Origin: a virus
Direction: 5' to 3' (one strand)
DNA: 29,639 nt
Virus genome (UHGV): UHGV-0037185
In this document: positions 1 to 8,446 of the stretch, in pieces
Numbering within the stretch: the stretch's first letter is position 1
Layout: each line of letters begins with the position of its first letter
Program-made: the position numbers and the translations under genes
Notes under the pieces: generated by a model
What the model was told of the DNA's origin: nothing
The model's input: only the letters and a program-made list of their open reading frames with translations
Database searches by the model: none

Positions 1-49
1 CCATTTTAGTTAATTTATCCTTATAAAACAAACGGATAAAACAAAAACA

Positions 50-1213
50 TCACTCATCATCTTCTGTTTCATACTCCACATCAGAAAGCCTGACCTCAAG
101 CTCCAGGGACGTCGTGAAGCCGCTATTATTCAGAAAATGTGTCACCTTAGTGATTGTCCAGTCCTGCTCGTCTATGACGCGCTTAAAGCCAGACACTCTG
201 ACCGGTGTTTCCGTGTAAATATCTGCCCGACCAGTGGCAAGGCTGATGGAGAACTCCGCAACGCCCCGTTGCAGTTTGTCCCACTTCGCCTGAGCGGCGC
301 GCATGGCCTGCGCTTTCGTGGCATATACCGTGGTCAGGGCAAAAACGTTGTCAGCCTCACCGGCCATGTATTCACCTTCGCGCGCTTCCGGTACTTTTGG
401 CGCTTTCTTCTGCGTGACCGGTTTCGCTTTCGGGTGCTCCAGTGCGCGCAGGTGTTTCTCTTTCTTTTTGCGTTTCAGTTTTACCTTCTGCTTTTGCGGC
501 TTCGGGTCTTTGGTGTGTAACCACTTTGCCGTTACGCCGGTGTAGGCTCCACGGTCAGCAATCGCAAAATGATGACGGTCGCCGTCGCTGCGGGTGATGG
601 TAATCTGCGGGATTTTTTTACCGCTGGCCGTCACCCCCTGCCCCGCTTTGAGAAACAACAATTTTCCCATTTTTACCGACACCTCACCGCCGTTGCGTTC
701 AGCAAGGCGGGTCAGGAATTTTGCATCAGACTCCTGCGACTGGTCGATGTGCGGGATTTTAATTCCGGCCAGTGACGGAGCGACACTGGCTTCCAGCCTG
801 TTACGGGAGGCTATCGCCTCAACAATCGCACCGAGCGTGGTGTCATGCCATGAGCCTTCCCGGCGGGAATTGAGCGTCCCGCGAAAATCTGCACTCCGGG
901 CGCGGATGGTAACCACATCCGGCGCGCCCCGGTGTTCAACCTCATCAACGGTAAATTTCCCTTTGCATACCAGGGCAAAACCTTTCCAGCCGATATACAC
1001 CGTCAGGACAGCGCCACGAACCGGCAGCCCGACCTGCCCGTCGGCATCGTTCAGTTCAATATCAAGCTGGTCAGCCTCAAAGCCCCGGTTATCCGTCAGG
1101 GTCATGCTCATCAGACGGTCGCTGATATTGCCGGTAATATCCCTGCTGTCGAGCATCAGCATGTAATCCGGCGTCAGCGTACTGCCTGCATCAAATGTCA
1201 GCGCATCCAGCAT
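50..1213 (-). CDS. D: Phage tail protein gpD (P2 D-like)
   Basis: 387-aa ORF, same length as P2 gpD; last gene of the FI-FII-E-T-U-D tail operon by synteny; start ATG overlaps the gpU stop (TAATG). Confidence 0.9.
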   Translation of the reverse strand: MLDALTFDAGSTLTPDYMLMLDSRDITGNISDRLMSMTLTDNRGFEADQLDIELNDADGQVGLPVRGAVLTVYIGWKGFALVCKGKFTVDEVEHRGAPDVVTIRARSADFRGTLNSRREGSWHDTTLGAIVEAIASRNRLEASVAPSLAGIKIPHIDQSQESDAKFLTRLAERNGGEVSVKMGKLLFLKAGQGVTASGKKIPQITITRSDGDRHHFAIADRGAYTGVTAKWLHTKDPKPQKQKVKLKRKKKEKHLRALEHPKAKPVTQKKAPKVPEAREGEYMAGEADNVFALTTVYATKAQAMRAAQAKWDKLQRGVAEFSISLATGRADIYTETPVRVSGFKRVIDEQDWTITKVTHFLNNSGFTTSLELEVRLSDVEYETEDDE

Positions 1214-1692
1214 TATCCCGCCCCCGTCATACCCGTGAATTTAGTCGCCATACTGCCAGCCTTACCGATGAGCGATTCCGCCTGTTTACCGATATCGCCA
1301 TAAAGCGCGGCCAGTGATTCATCAACGCGGGTGAGCGACAGCGTAAAATCAATTTTTCGGGGTGTGCCGTCTGCAAAGAAAATACTCCCTGTTTCACTCA
1401 CCCTGCTGATGACATACATGCCGTAAATCATGCCGGTGCCATCCAGCAACGGCCACGCCCGGCCTTCATCTGCCATCAGTCTGAGCGTGGTCATCGTCAG
1501 CTTGCCGCCGGTCAGTTCGGGATAAAGCACACCGGCAAGCGTCATGTTTTCCTCACCAACGCCGAGAAACTGGTAGGCATCCCGTTTACCGATACGGGAA
1601 TTTGACGGCCAGCGATAATCTGATTCACGCTGCATGGTCTGGTGTGGCAGCGTCTGGCGCATAAAAACAAACATACCTAACGCGAGCATCAT
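1213..1692 (-). CDS. U: Phage tail protein gpU
   Basis: 159-aa ORF, same length as P2 gpU; position between T and D. Confidence 0.9.
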   Translation of the reverse strand: MMLALGMFVFMRQTLPHQTMQRESDYRWPSNSRIGKRDAYQFLGVGEENMTLAGVLYPELTGGKLTMTTLRLMADEGRAWPLLDGTGMIYGMYVISRVSETGSIFFADGTPRKIDFTLSLTRVDESLAALYGDIGKQAESLIGKAGSMATKFTGMTGAG

Positions 1693-1706
1693 TTTTCGTC
1701 ACCCCC

Positions 1707-4153
1707 TTAACCGTCATGCATCATGCTGGCACGGGCGCGCGCACGTTTATCCCGCTCGTATTTTTCGAGCGCATCCTGTAACTGGCGGTCAAGCTGTGCC
1801 CCCGGCGCAGTACCACCCGTCAGGCTGATGTGATATTCGTTTTTACTCTGGTCCACATAAGAGCGACCAGCCGGTGCCGTGACCGGCTGATAAGCCTGAT
1901 AGCCTGCATAAGAGCTGGTCGCCGGAATATAACCACCGGTGCCATACGTGGCGGCATGAGTCCTTGCGGCGGTCTGGTCAAGTGTGTCTGACTCTTTGTT
2001 GATAACCCCGAGTTTTTCCAGTACCCAGTCAATACCGCTGCGCAGTTTGTTGAACGCATTAAGCGGCAGCATCAACGCGTCAGCCAGTGCCTGCCCGAAC
2101 ATGACGCCCGTGTCACGGCAACGGTTCAGGGTGTCCTGGGTGGCTTTAACCGGGGCAATCAGGTTTTTAAACCACTGCCACGCGGCCTGTAACTTTTCGC
2201 CCAGCCAGTCAAACACCGGCTTCAGTGGCGTGAACAGTTCTCCCACCGGCGCAAATGCCGCTTTCAGCCCTTCCACCACACCGCCAAAGAATGCGCTGAC
2301 AGGCTCCCAGTATTTACGGATAAGCAACGCCCCGGCGACAATGGCGGCCACCACGGCCACAACCGGCCAGCTAATCGCCCCGATGGTCGTCATAACAGCA
2401 CTGCTAACCGTCGTGAAGATTGCCCCCATTGCGCCTGCTGCCGCGATAATGGCATTGATGCCGGTGATAACCGGCCAGGCTACAAGACCAATGGCACCGA
2501 TGATGCCAATAAGCGCCAGCGCGCCACCGACAATGAGGCCGATGGTTGACGCCAGTGATTTGTTTTTCTGGATCCAGCCGTCGAGTTTTAACACATACTT
2601 TGTGGCCGTCTGAGTGAGCTTACGCAGTGCGCCTTCCTGCTGGTCAAACAGGTCAGTCCCCACTGCCTCATAAGCGGACTGAAACTCTTTAAAGTCACCG
2701 CCTAGGTTGTCCTGCATGATATTTACCAGCTCGGCGGTCTTCCCGTCTGAGGCTTTAAACGCAGCGGTCAGTTTGTCCAGCTTTCCGGTTGAGGCGGCAG
2801 TCATCAGCACGGCGGCGGCTGAGCTGGCCTCCTCCCCGAAAATAGTTTTCATGTATTCAGCCTGCTGGGCAGTACCGAGCCGGTTTTTCTCAAAACTGGC
2901 CTGCATTTCTTTCAGAATGGTAAATATTGGCCGGGTGTTTCCCTTGCTGTCTGAGGTTTTCACTCCAAGCTCTTTGAGTGCATCCCATGCTTTTCCCGTC
3001 GGTGCCTGCAGGCGGCTTAATACGGCACGGCTTCCCGTCCCCGCCATTGAGCCTGTGATTTTTGCATCATGCAGCGCCCCGACCATTGCGGCGGTTTCTT
3101 CAATGCTGACATCGGCATTTTTTGCCACAGGTGCGGCATAGGTCAGCGCATCGCTCATGCCGTCAAAATCGGCGGCGGTTTTGTTCATCGTCATGGAGAG
3201 AACATCCCCGATATGAGCGACCTTATCGTTTGAAAGCTGAAAGGCGGATTTCATCCCCATCAGCAGGGCGGCGTTTTCTTCCATCGTGCGGCGGTTCGCC
3301 AGCGCCATATTCAGCGTGACCGGCGTTGCCGCCTGAATGGCATCAACATCCCCACCCGCTTTCGCGATGATTATCTGTGCACCGGCCGCATCATCCGCCG
3401 AGGCGGCGGTATTGTCGCCGAGCTGGCGCGCCTGTTTGCGTAGTGCGGTCATTTCGGCGGAGTCTTTTGCCACTCCGAGCACGGCCTGCAATTCTGAGTT
3501 TTTCTGCGCAAACTCATAACCGGGCATCAGCAGCTTAACTCCGGCCATCGTTCCCGCCGCCGCAATCCCCACACCGGCAGCGCCACTGAGGCCATATTTC
3601 CGGCCAGTTCCTTTCCGGCCTGATAACGCTGTTTGACTGCGTTAAGTTTTGCCTGTTGCGCACTGACACGCGCCAGCGCGTCGCGCTGACGGTTAAGCTG
3701 TGCGGTGGTTTCACTGATACGGTTTTTCAGCCCCTGCTCATCATGTGCAAGATTGCGGGTATTAATTCCCACAACGGCCAGTTCCCGCTGCTGGCGTTTA
3801 ACGGAATCCGTCAGGCGGTTATATTTCGCCTGTAAGTCCTCCGCCGCACGCTTTGCGGATTCCAGCACTTTCGCCTGAGCACGTGTCGGACGTTCGGTGT
3901 TTTTAAACTGTGTGGCAAGGGCTTCGGCCTCCTGCCGTGCCTTTTCAAGTGCATGACCAGTCACGGCGAGCTGTGCACTGGTCTTGCGAAATCCCTCAAT
4001 ACGGGATGCGTGACCGTTCAGCTCGCGCAGTGATTTTTGTGTTTCCCGGATATCCCCCGACAGCGACTTACTCGCTGTGCGGATGGATTTAAACGGGCGG
4101 GATGCCTGGTCAACAGCCCTGAGCAATACCTGTAATTTTACATTGTTACTCAT
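1707..4153 (-). pseudogene. T: Tail tape measure protein gpT, interrupted by an apparent 1-nt deletion frameshift near 3578-3590
   Basis: Two ORFs (3527..4153, 208 aa, starting MSNNVKLQVLLRAV; 1707..3572, 621 aa, with long hydrophobic and Gly/Ala-rich stretches) are collinear with one tape measure protein. Span is 2447 nt, one nt short of the 816 codons expected for an 815-aa P2-like gpT. Confidence 0.8.
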
Positions 4154-4573
4154 TCGTGTTTCCGCTTCGCCGGAGCGCCTTTTCGCGCCATGTGATGAGT
4201 TCGGTCAGGCTCATGGGATACAGTTCTGATGGCGGCCAGTGAAATATCACTGCCACATCCGCCATCAGGTCATCGACCGAGAGATTTTTCGGAAACGTCA
4301 CTGCACCGAGTTCGGCGACAAAAAACCGACCACCTTACCGGCCAGCGCCACAAGGTCAGGCAGTTCCAGCGCGGCGACTTCCTGCTCGGTCAGCATCGGT
4401 GCCGTCATGCGCGGCAGCACTTTAATCAGTGCATCGACTTCGGAGTTCGCGACTGCAGCCAGACTGACACCGCGCAGCGTCCCGGCACTGGGTTTCATCA
4501 GCGTGACCTGTTCGATAACCTGCTCACCACGTTTGACCGGATTGTCCAGGGTAATGACATTTTCTTTGTTCAT
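4146..4573 (-). CDS. E+E': Tail assembly chaperone E+E' (programmed -1 frameshift extension of gpE)
   Basis: Slippery heptamer TTTTTTG on the minus strand (4319..4325) 8 codons before the E stop; the -1 frame stays open for about 58 more codons and ends in TAA overlapping the T start codon. Confidence 0.75.
4298..4573 (-). CDS. E: Tail assembly chaperone gpE
   Basis: 91-aa ORF (MNKENVITLDNPVKRGEQ...) immediately upstream of T, same length as P2 gpE. Confidence 0.9.
   Translation of the reverse strand: MNKENVITLDNPVKRGEQVIEQVTLMKPSAGTLRGVSLAAVANSEVDALIKVLPRMTAPMLTEQEVAALELPDLVALAGKVVGFLSPNSVQ
4319..4325 (-). other. Programmed -1 ribosomal frameshift slippery site (TTTTTTG)
   Basis: Plus-strand caaaaaa, i.e. 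GGT TTT TTG in the E frame; conserved tail-chaperone frameshift architecture (lambda G/GT, P2 E/E+E'). Confidence 0.7.
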
Positions 4574-4629
4574 GGTTTTCTCACTTCTGAATCAGGGTTA
4601 ACCGGCCAGCCAGGCTGACCGGATGAAAA

Positions 4630-5148
4630 TTACAGGCCGATATTGCGGCGGTGTTGCTCCAGCCGGTCGACGCCGTTCACCTTCTCAATCATGTTGATGG
4701 TGTCGATTTCGACCAGCTCCTTACCGTCCATCGTCAGCCGGAAATAGGTGCAGACCACGGAGATTTTCGACTCGGTGTCTTCTCCCTGTTTACCCTCGCC
4801 GGTGTCGATTTCTTTCTGACGGCCACGCATGACCACCTCTACGGCCACCGTTTCGCCGGTATCGTCACGCTGGTAAGAGCCTGCAAAACGAATCGGCACG
4901 GCATCCACACCGGTTGCGGCGTAAAGCTCCCAGATAACCGAATCCGGGAAGCCCCCGAGCGACCACTCCATTGACAGCGCATCGTCATCAAGGCCGAGGT
5001 CTACCGGTGCGCTTCCGTTCATCCCCGCACCGCGATAGTTTTCGAGTTTACGGGTCAGTTTTGGCAGCGTGACGGACTTTGCAACGCCCTGATAGCTGTA
5101 GCCGTTCAGAAAGACGTTCATTAACTTGAGTTTGCGCGGCATTGCCAT
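4630..5148 (-). CDS. FII: Tail tube protein gpFII
   Basis: 172-aa ORF, same length and position as P2 FII. Confidence 0.9.
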   Translation of the reverse strand: MAMPRKLKLMNVFLNGYSYQGVAKSVTLPKLTRKLENYRGAGMNGSAPVDLGLDDDALSMEWSLGGFPDSVIWELYAATGVDAVPIRFAGSYQRDDTGETVAVEVVMRGRQKEIDTGEGKQGEDTESKISVVCTYFRLTMDGKELVEIDTINMIEKVNGVDRLEQHRRNIGL

Positions 5149-5160
5149 CGGTCAGGCTCC

Positions 5161-6351
5161 TTAATTGCTGTTAACCGAGGTGACCAGATTTGCCAGGTAT
5201 TTATCGGTAATACGCTGGCGCAGGGTCAGGTTTTCAAGAGGAGGCACCGGGGTATAGTCGTAGTCGATATACAGTTTTCCGGCCTTGAGGGTTTCCGCAT
5301 CGTTGGATTCTTCGCTGAACCAGCAGGTCGCATCCACGATATAGCCGTTTGTTTTCAGCTCACGGAATTTGGCATTGATGCCGTCAACGATGTCGCGAAT
5401 CAGCGTTGCGGTGATGGGCTTGTCCACCGCCCACATGTGCGCCTCAGCCATCGTGTCGGCCAGCACCTGCGCGGTGCGGGTGTAGTTTTCAAAAAGGAAC
5501 AGCGGGTCATCAGAGCAGGTACGGTTACCCCAGAATCGGAAACCGTCGCGGCGAATCAGCGTAGTGACGCCTGACTCGTTAAGCAGGTCAGCATCGGTGC
5601 CGGACTCCTGCAAATCCCAGAATACAGAGGCGCTGATGCCGGTAACACCGTTTACCCCGACGTTGGACAGCGTTTTATGCCAGCCCTGCTCCTGGTCGAT
5701 TTTGGCACGCAGACCCAGCGCACGGGCGGTGGCATACGCGGTGGCGGTGGTACTGGTGACCGTATCCCATGCGAGGAAATCCGGCCAGATGACCATCAGC
5801 TCACGCTGGCTGAAATTCTGGCGGTAGGCTTTCACCTCGGAAATGGTTTTACAGCCCCATGCGCTGATATATCCGAAAGCGCGCAGCTTCTGACAGACTG
5901 ATGCCAGTGCAACAGCCACCTCTTTGGTATCCAGCCCCGGCACACCAAGAATACGCGGTTTAACACCGGTTACCGACTCCGCCGCCAGCAGGGCTTTCAG
6001 TCCGGTGTACTGACCGTTTTCGTCAGTGGTGCCGATGATATTGGAAACGGTCTGCGCGAGTTTCGTTTCCTCGTCGTCGCCGGTGCCGTCTTCCACACGC
6101 ACGACAACGGTGACCGGTTTTGACTGGTCGGCGATGGCCTGCAACGATGCCGCCAGCGTGCCTTTTTTACCGGCCTTTGCAATTGCGCTCTGCACATTGG
6201 TAATCAGCACCGGTTTATTGAGGGGGAAGGTTTCCGCATCCGCATCGCTGGCCGTGCAGACCATGCCGACAATGGCAGTGGATACGGTGGAAATGACGCG
6301 GGTGCCGTCGTTAATCTCCAGCACCTGCACGCCGTGATGATAGTCACTCAT
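5161..6351 (-). CDS. FI: Contractile tail sheath protein gpFI
   Basis: 396-aa ORF, same length and position as P2 FI. Confidence 0.92.
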   Translation of the reverse strand: MSDYHHGVQVLEINDGTRVISTVSTAIVGMVCTASDADAETFPLNKPVLITNVQSAIAKAGKKGTLAASLQAIADQSKPVTVVVRVEDGTGDDEETKLAQTVSNIIGTTDENGQYTGLKALLAAESVTGVKPRILGVPGLDTKEVAVALASVCQKLRAFGYISAWGCKTISEVKAYRQNFSQRELMVIWPDFLAWDTVTSTTATAYATARALGLRAKIDQEQGWHKTLSNVGVNGVTGISASVFWDLQESGTDADLLNESGVTTLIRRDGFRFWGNRTCSDDPLFLFENYTRTAQVLADTMAEAHMWAVDKPITATLIRDIVDGINAKFRELKTNGYIVDATCWFSEESNDAETLKAGKLYIDYDYTPVPPLENLTLRQRITDKYLANLVTSVNSN

Positions 6352-6410
6352 CCGTTTAACTCCGTGGTTAATGGGTGAGTGATATTTTCAGTTGTGCCGG
6401 AGATGTCAGG

Positions 6411-7010
6411 CTATTTGTCCCGGTTGGCTAAGGGATGACACAATTTATTTTTTGTCACTGAGGCGGGGAATTTTTTATAGAGCGTGGACAGGCCAATATC
6501 AAAAATCAGTGCCACGCGTTGACGTGATTCCCCTGCAGCCAGCAACCGCCCGGCCTGCTCCCACTCACTCGCGGTGAGTTTCGGACGTCTGCCACCAATA
6601 CGACCTTTAGCTCTGGCCGCTTCCAGTCCGGCGCGTGTCCGCTCGACAATGAGTTCTCGCTCCATTTCAGCCAGGGCACCCATCACATGAAAGAAAAAAC
6701 GCCCCATCGGCGTGCTGGTATCAATGGCATCCGTCAGGCTGCGAAAATTAATGCCGCGTTCGCGCAGCTCCTCAACCAGAATGACCAGATGCCGCATACT
6801 ACGCCCCAGCCGGTCCAGCTTCCAGACTACCAGAGTGTCACCTTCCGATAATGTTCTGAGCAGTTTTTTCAGCCCCGGCCTGTCGGACTTCGTGCCGCTG
6901 ATTTTATCCTCAAAAATCAGCTCACATCCTGCGCACTCCAGCGCGTTACGCTGCAATTCCGTGTTCTGGTCATTTGTTGACACGCGTACATAGCCAATAA
7001 GCATGAGCAT
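6411..7010 (-). CDS. Serine DNA invertase, Pin/Gin/Hin/Cin family
   Basis: 199-aa ORF with the N-terminal resolvase catalytic motif (IGYVRVSTNDQ, catalytic Ser) and a C-terminal HTH; closely resembles e14 Pin as I recall it. Lies about 50 bp from a hix-like crossover site. Confidence 0.9.
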   Translation of the reverse strand: MLMLIGYVRVSTNDQNTELQRNALECAGCELIFEDKISGTKSDRPGLKKLLRTLSEGDTLVVWKLDRLGRSMRHLVILVEELRERGINFRSLTDAIDTSTPMGRFFFHVMGALAEMERELIVERTRAGLEAARAKGRIGGRRPKLTASEWEQAGRLLAAGESRQRVALIFDIGLSTLYKKFPASVTKNKLCHPLANRDK

Positions 7011-7031
7011 CCCCCTGAATAAAAACCGGAG

Positions 7032-7427
7032 ATGATGCCACTTGCCCGTTATCTCTGCATTTTCATAAACGTTGGTTTGGGAGAAGCGGCAAAACGGGAT
7101 GTGGGAACAGGTTCAGGTCAGATACCGGATATGAGTTCTTTTTCTGGCAGCATTGCCAGCAAGGGATATCAGAAGTTACCGGGAGGATTGATTATCCAAT
7201 GGGGGGCAGGAAACGCAGGTACGGGTTATGTAGGCTCGACAGGCAATGAGATGAATTTCCCAATCGCTTTTCCGTCGCAATGTTTTCAGGTGGTGACATC
7301 CTACGATAATGGTGGCGGAAAAATTGTTGCCGGGGCAGCAGGGAATATGACCAGAACAGGATTTCTTCTACGCTGTGATGCTTCTGGTGGCAATTATAAT
7401 TTTCGCTGGTTTGCAATAGGGTGCTGA
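7032..7427 (+). CDS. Alternative tail-fibre C-terminal segment (Sv'-like), silent in this orientation
   Basis: ORF reads through the left crossover site in the same frame as H (shared ...GLGE junction); Gly-rich fibre-tip-like sequence. The functional part probably begins at the crossover (about 7074). Confidence 0.6.
   Translation: MMPLARYLCIFINVGLGEAAKRDVGTGSGQIPDMSSFSGSIASKGYQKLPGGLIIQWGAGNAGTGYVGSTGNEMNFPIAFPSQCFQVVTSYDNGGGKIVAGAAGNMTRTGFLLRCDASGGNYNFRWFAIGC
7060..7085. other. Invertase crossover site, left (hix/gix-like 26-bp site)
   Basis: ttttcataaacg-TT-ggtttgggagaa; the 12-bp half-site GGTTTGGGAGAA is the exact reverse complement of TTCTCCCAAACC in the right site. Confidence 0.7.
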
Positions 7428-7428
7428 T

Positions 7429-7872
7429 ATGAGTAATTATTATTTTTCACGGACGACGTTAGCTTTTTATCCGGTAGATATGCTGGAGCTATATCGCTCA
7501 TATGACAGCTTACCGGATGATATTACGCCAGTATCTGATGAAATATTTTTGACTTATTCAGGAACACCACCTGAAGGGAAAGTGCGCGGTGCAAATGATG
7601 ATGGACAACCTGAGTGGGTTGATATTCCACCAATGGCTCCTGAAGAAGCAATACTCCTTGCCACAGCTCAAAAGCAAAATCTTATTGATAATGCCAACGA
7701 ATATATGAACAGTAAGCAATGGCCTGGCAAAGCAGCTATTGGTCGTCTGAAAGGTGACGAACTGGCGCAATATAATTTGTGGCTGGATTACCTGGACGCA
7801 CTGGAACTGGTCGATACTTCCGGTGCGCCAGATATTGAATGGCCTACGCCTCCGGCAGTTCAGGCCAGATGA
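7429..7872 (+). CDS. Tail fibre assembly protein, alternative copy (U'/Tfa'-like)
   Basis: 147-aa ORF directly after the Sv' segment; C-terminus (...LWLDYLDALELVDTSGAPDIEWP) is homologous to that of the convergent tfa at 7844..8446. Confidence 0.8.
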   Translation: MSNYYFSRTTLAFYPVDMLELYRSYDSLPDDITPVSDEIFLTYSGTPPEGKVRGANDDGQPEWVDIPPMAPEEAILLATAQKQNLIDNANEYMNSKQWPGKAAIGRLKGDELAQYNLWLDYLDALELVDTSGAPDIEWPTPPAVQAR

Positions 7873-8446
7873 CATCCGGCGCGGTGCTGGTATCTGTTGC
7901 CGTCACCGCGTCAATGTAATCCAGCACAGCGTTAAGGCGGGTTGTTTCTGCCTGCGTCAGCTTCCGCCCGGCCTGTAATTTCAACTGAATCAGACTAATG
8001 GAAGCCATTGCAGTATCCATCAGCGACTGGCGCTGTGCTTCTGCTGCGTCTACTGCGGCGCTATGCTGTGCCTCAGTATCGGTCACCCATTTCTCACCAT
8101 CCCATTTATCGTATGGCGTTAATGGGGCGATAGTGGTTGTATTTTCAGGGTAATCACCCGGAGCGGTGATTTCTTTTGATTCTCCTGTTTTGGTGCTATA
8201 GACCGTTTCACCGCGATGGTCTGGCACATATTCCCATGAGTTAAAATCTGCAGAACGGCAGATTGCATAACCAGCCTTATGTGTGCCAGGGGCATCTAAA
8301 CAGGAACATGCCGGAATGCCGACACCAACGGCAAGATATTCATTTGAAGTGGAAATATATTCCCGAGTTTCACCATCATAGCTATAGACGGTAATATTCC
8401 CCGCCTTCGTGGCAATAAGCTCGCTATTTAATACAGCGTTATCCAT
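7844..8446 (-). CDS. G: Tail fibre assembly protein (gpG/Tfa-like), expressed copy
   Basis: 200-aa ORF directly downstream of H (TAATG overlap); conserved Tfa C-terminus (...LNAVLDYIDAVTATDTSTAPDVIWP). Confidence 0.85.
   Translation of the reverse strand: MDNAVLNSELIATKAGNITVYSYDGETREYISTSNEYLAVGVGIPACSCLDAPGTHKAGYAICRSADFNSWEYVPDHRGETVYSTKTGESKEITAPGDYPENTTTIAPLTPYDKWDGEKWVTDTEAQHSAAVDAAEAQRQSLMDTAMASISLIQLKLQAGRKLTQAETTRLNAVLDYIDAVTATDTSTAPDVIWPELPEA

Noticed and set aside
137-1303. Plus-strand ORFs 137..520, 303..545, 594..1166 and 932..1303, antisense to gpD
   Set aside because: Lie entirely inside a well-supported P2-length gene on the opposite strand; typical spurious antisense ORFs of GC-rich DNA with low-complexity, Arg/Ser/Cys-rich translations.
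1984-3519. Plus-strand ORFs antisense to the tape measure gene (1984..2613, 2707..3141, 3122..3319, 3337..3519)
   Set aside because: Ala/Ser/Pro-rich translations mirroring the Gly/Ala-rich tape measure codons; no independent signals.
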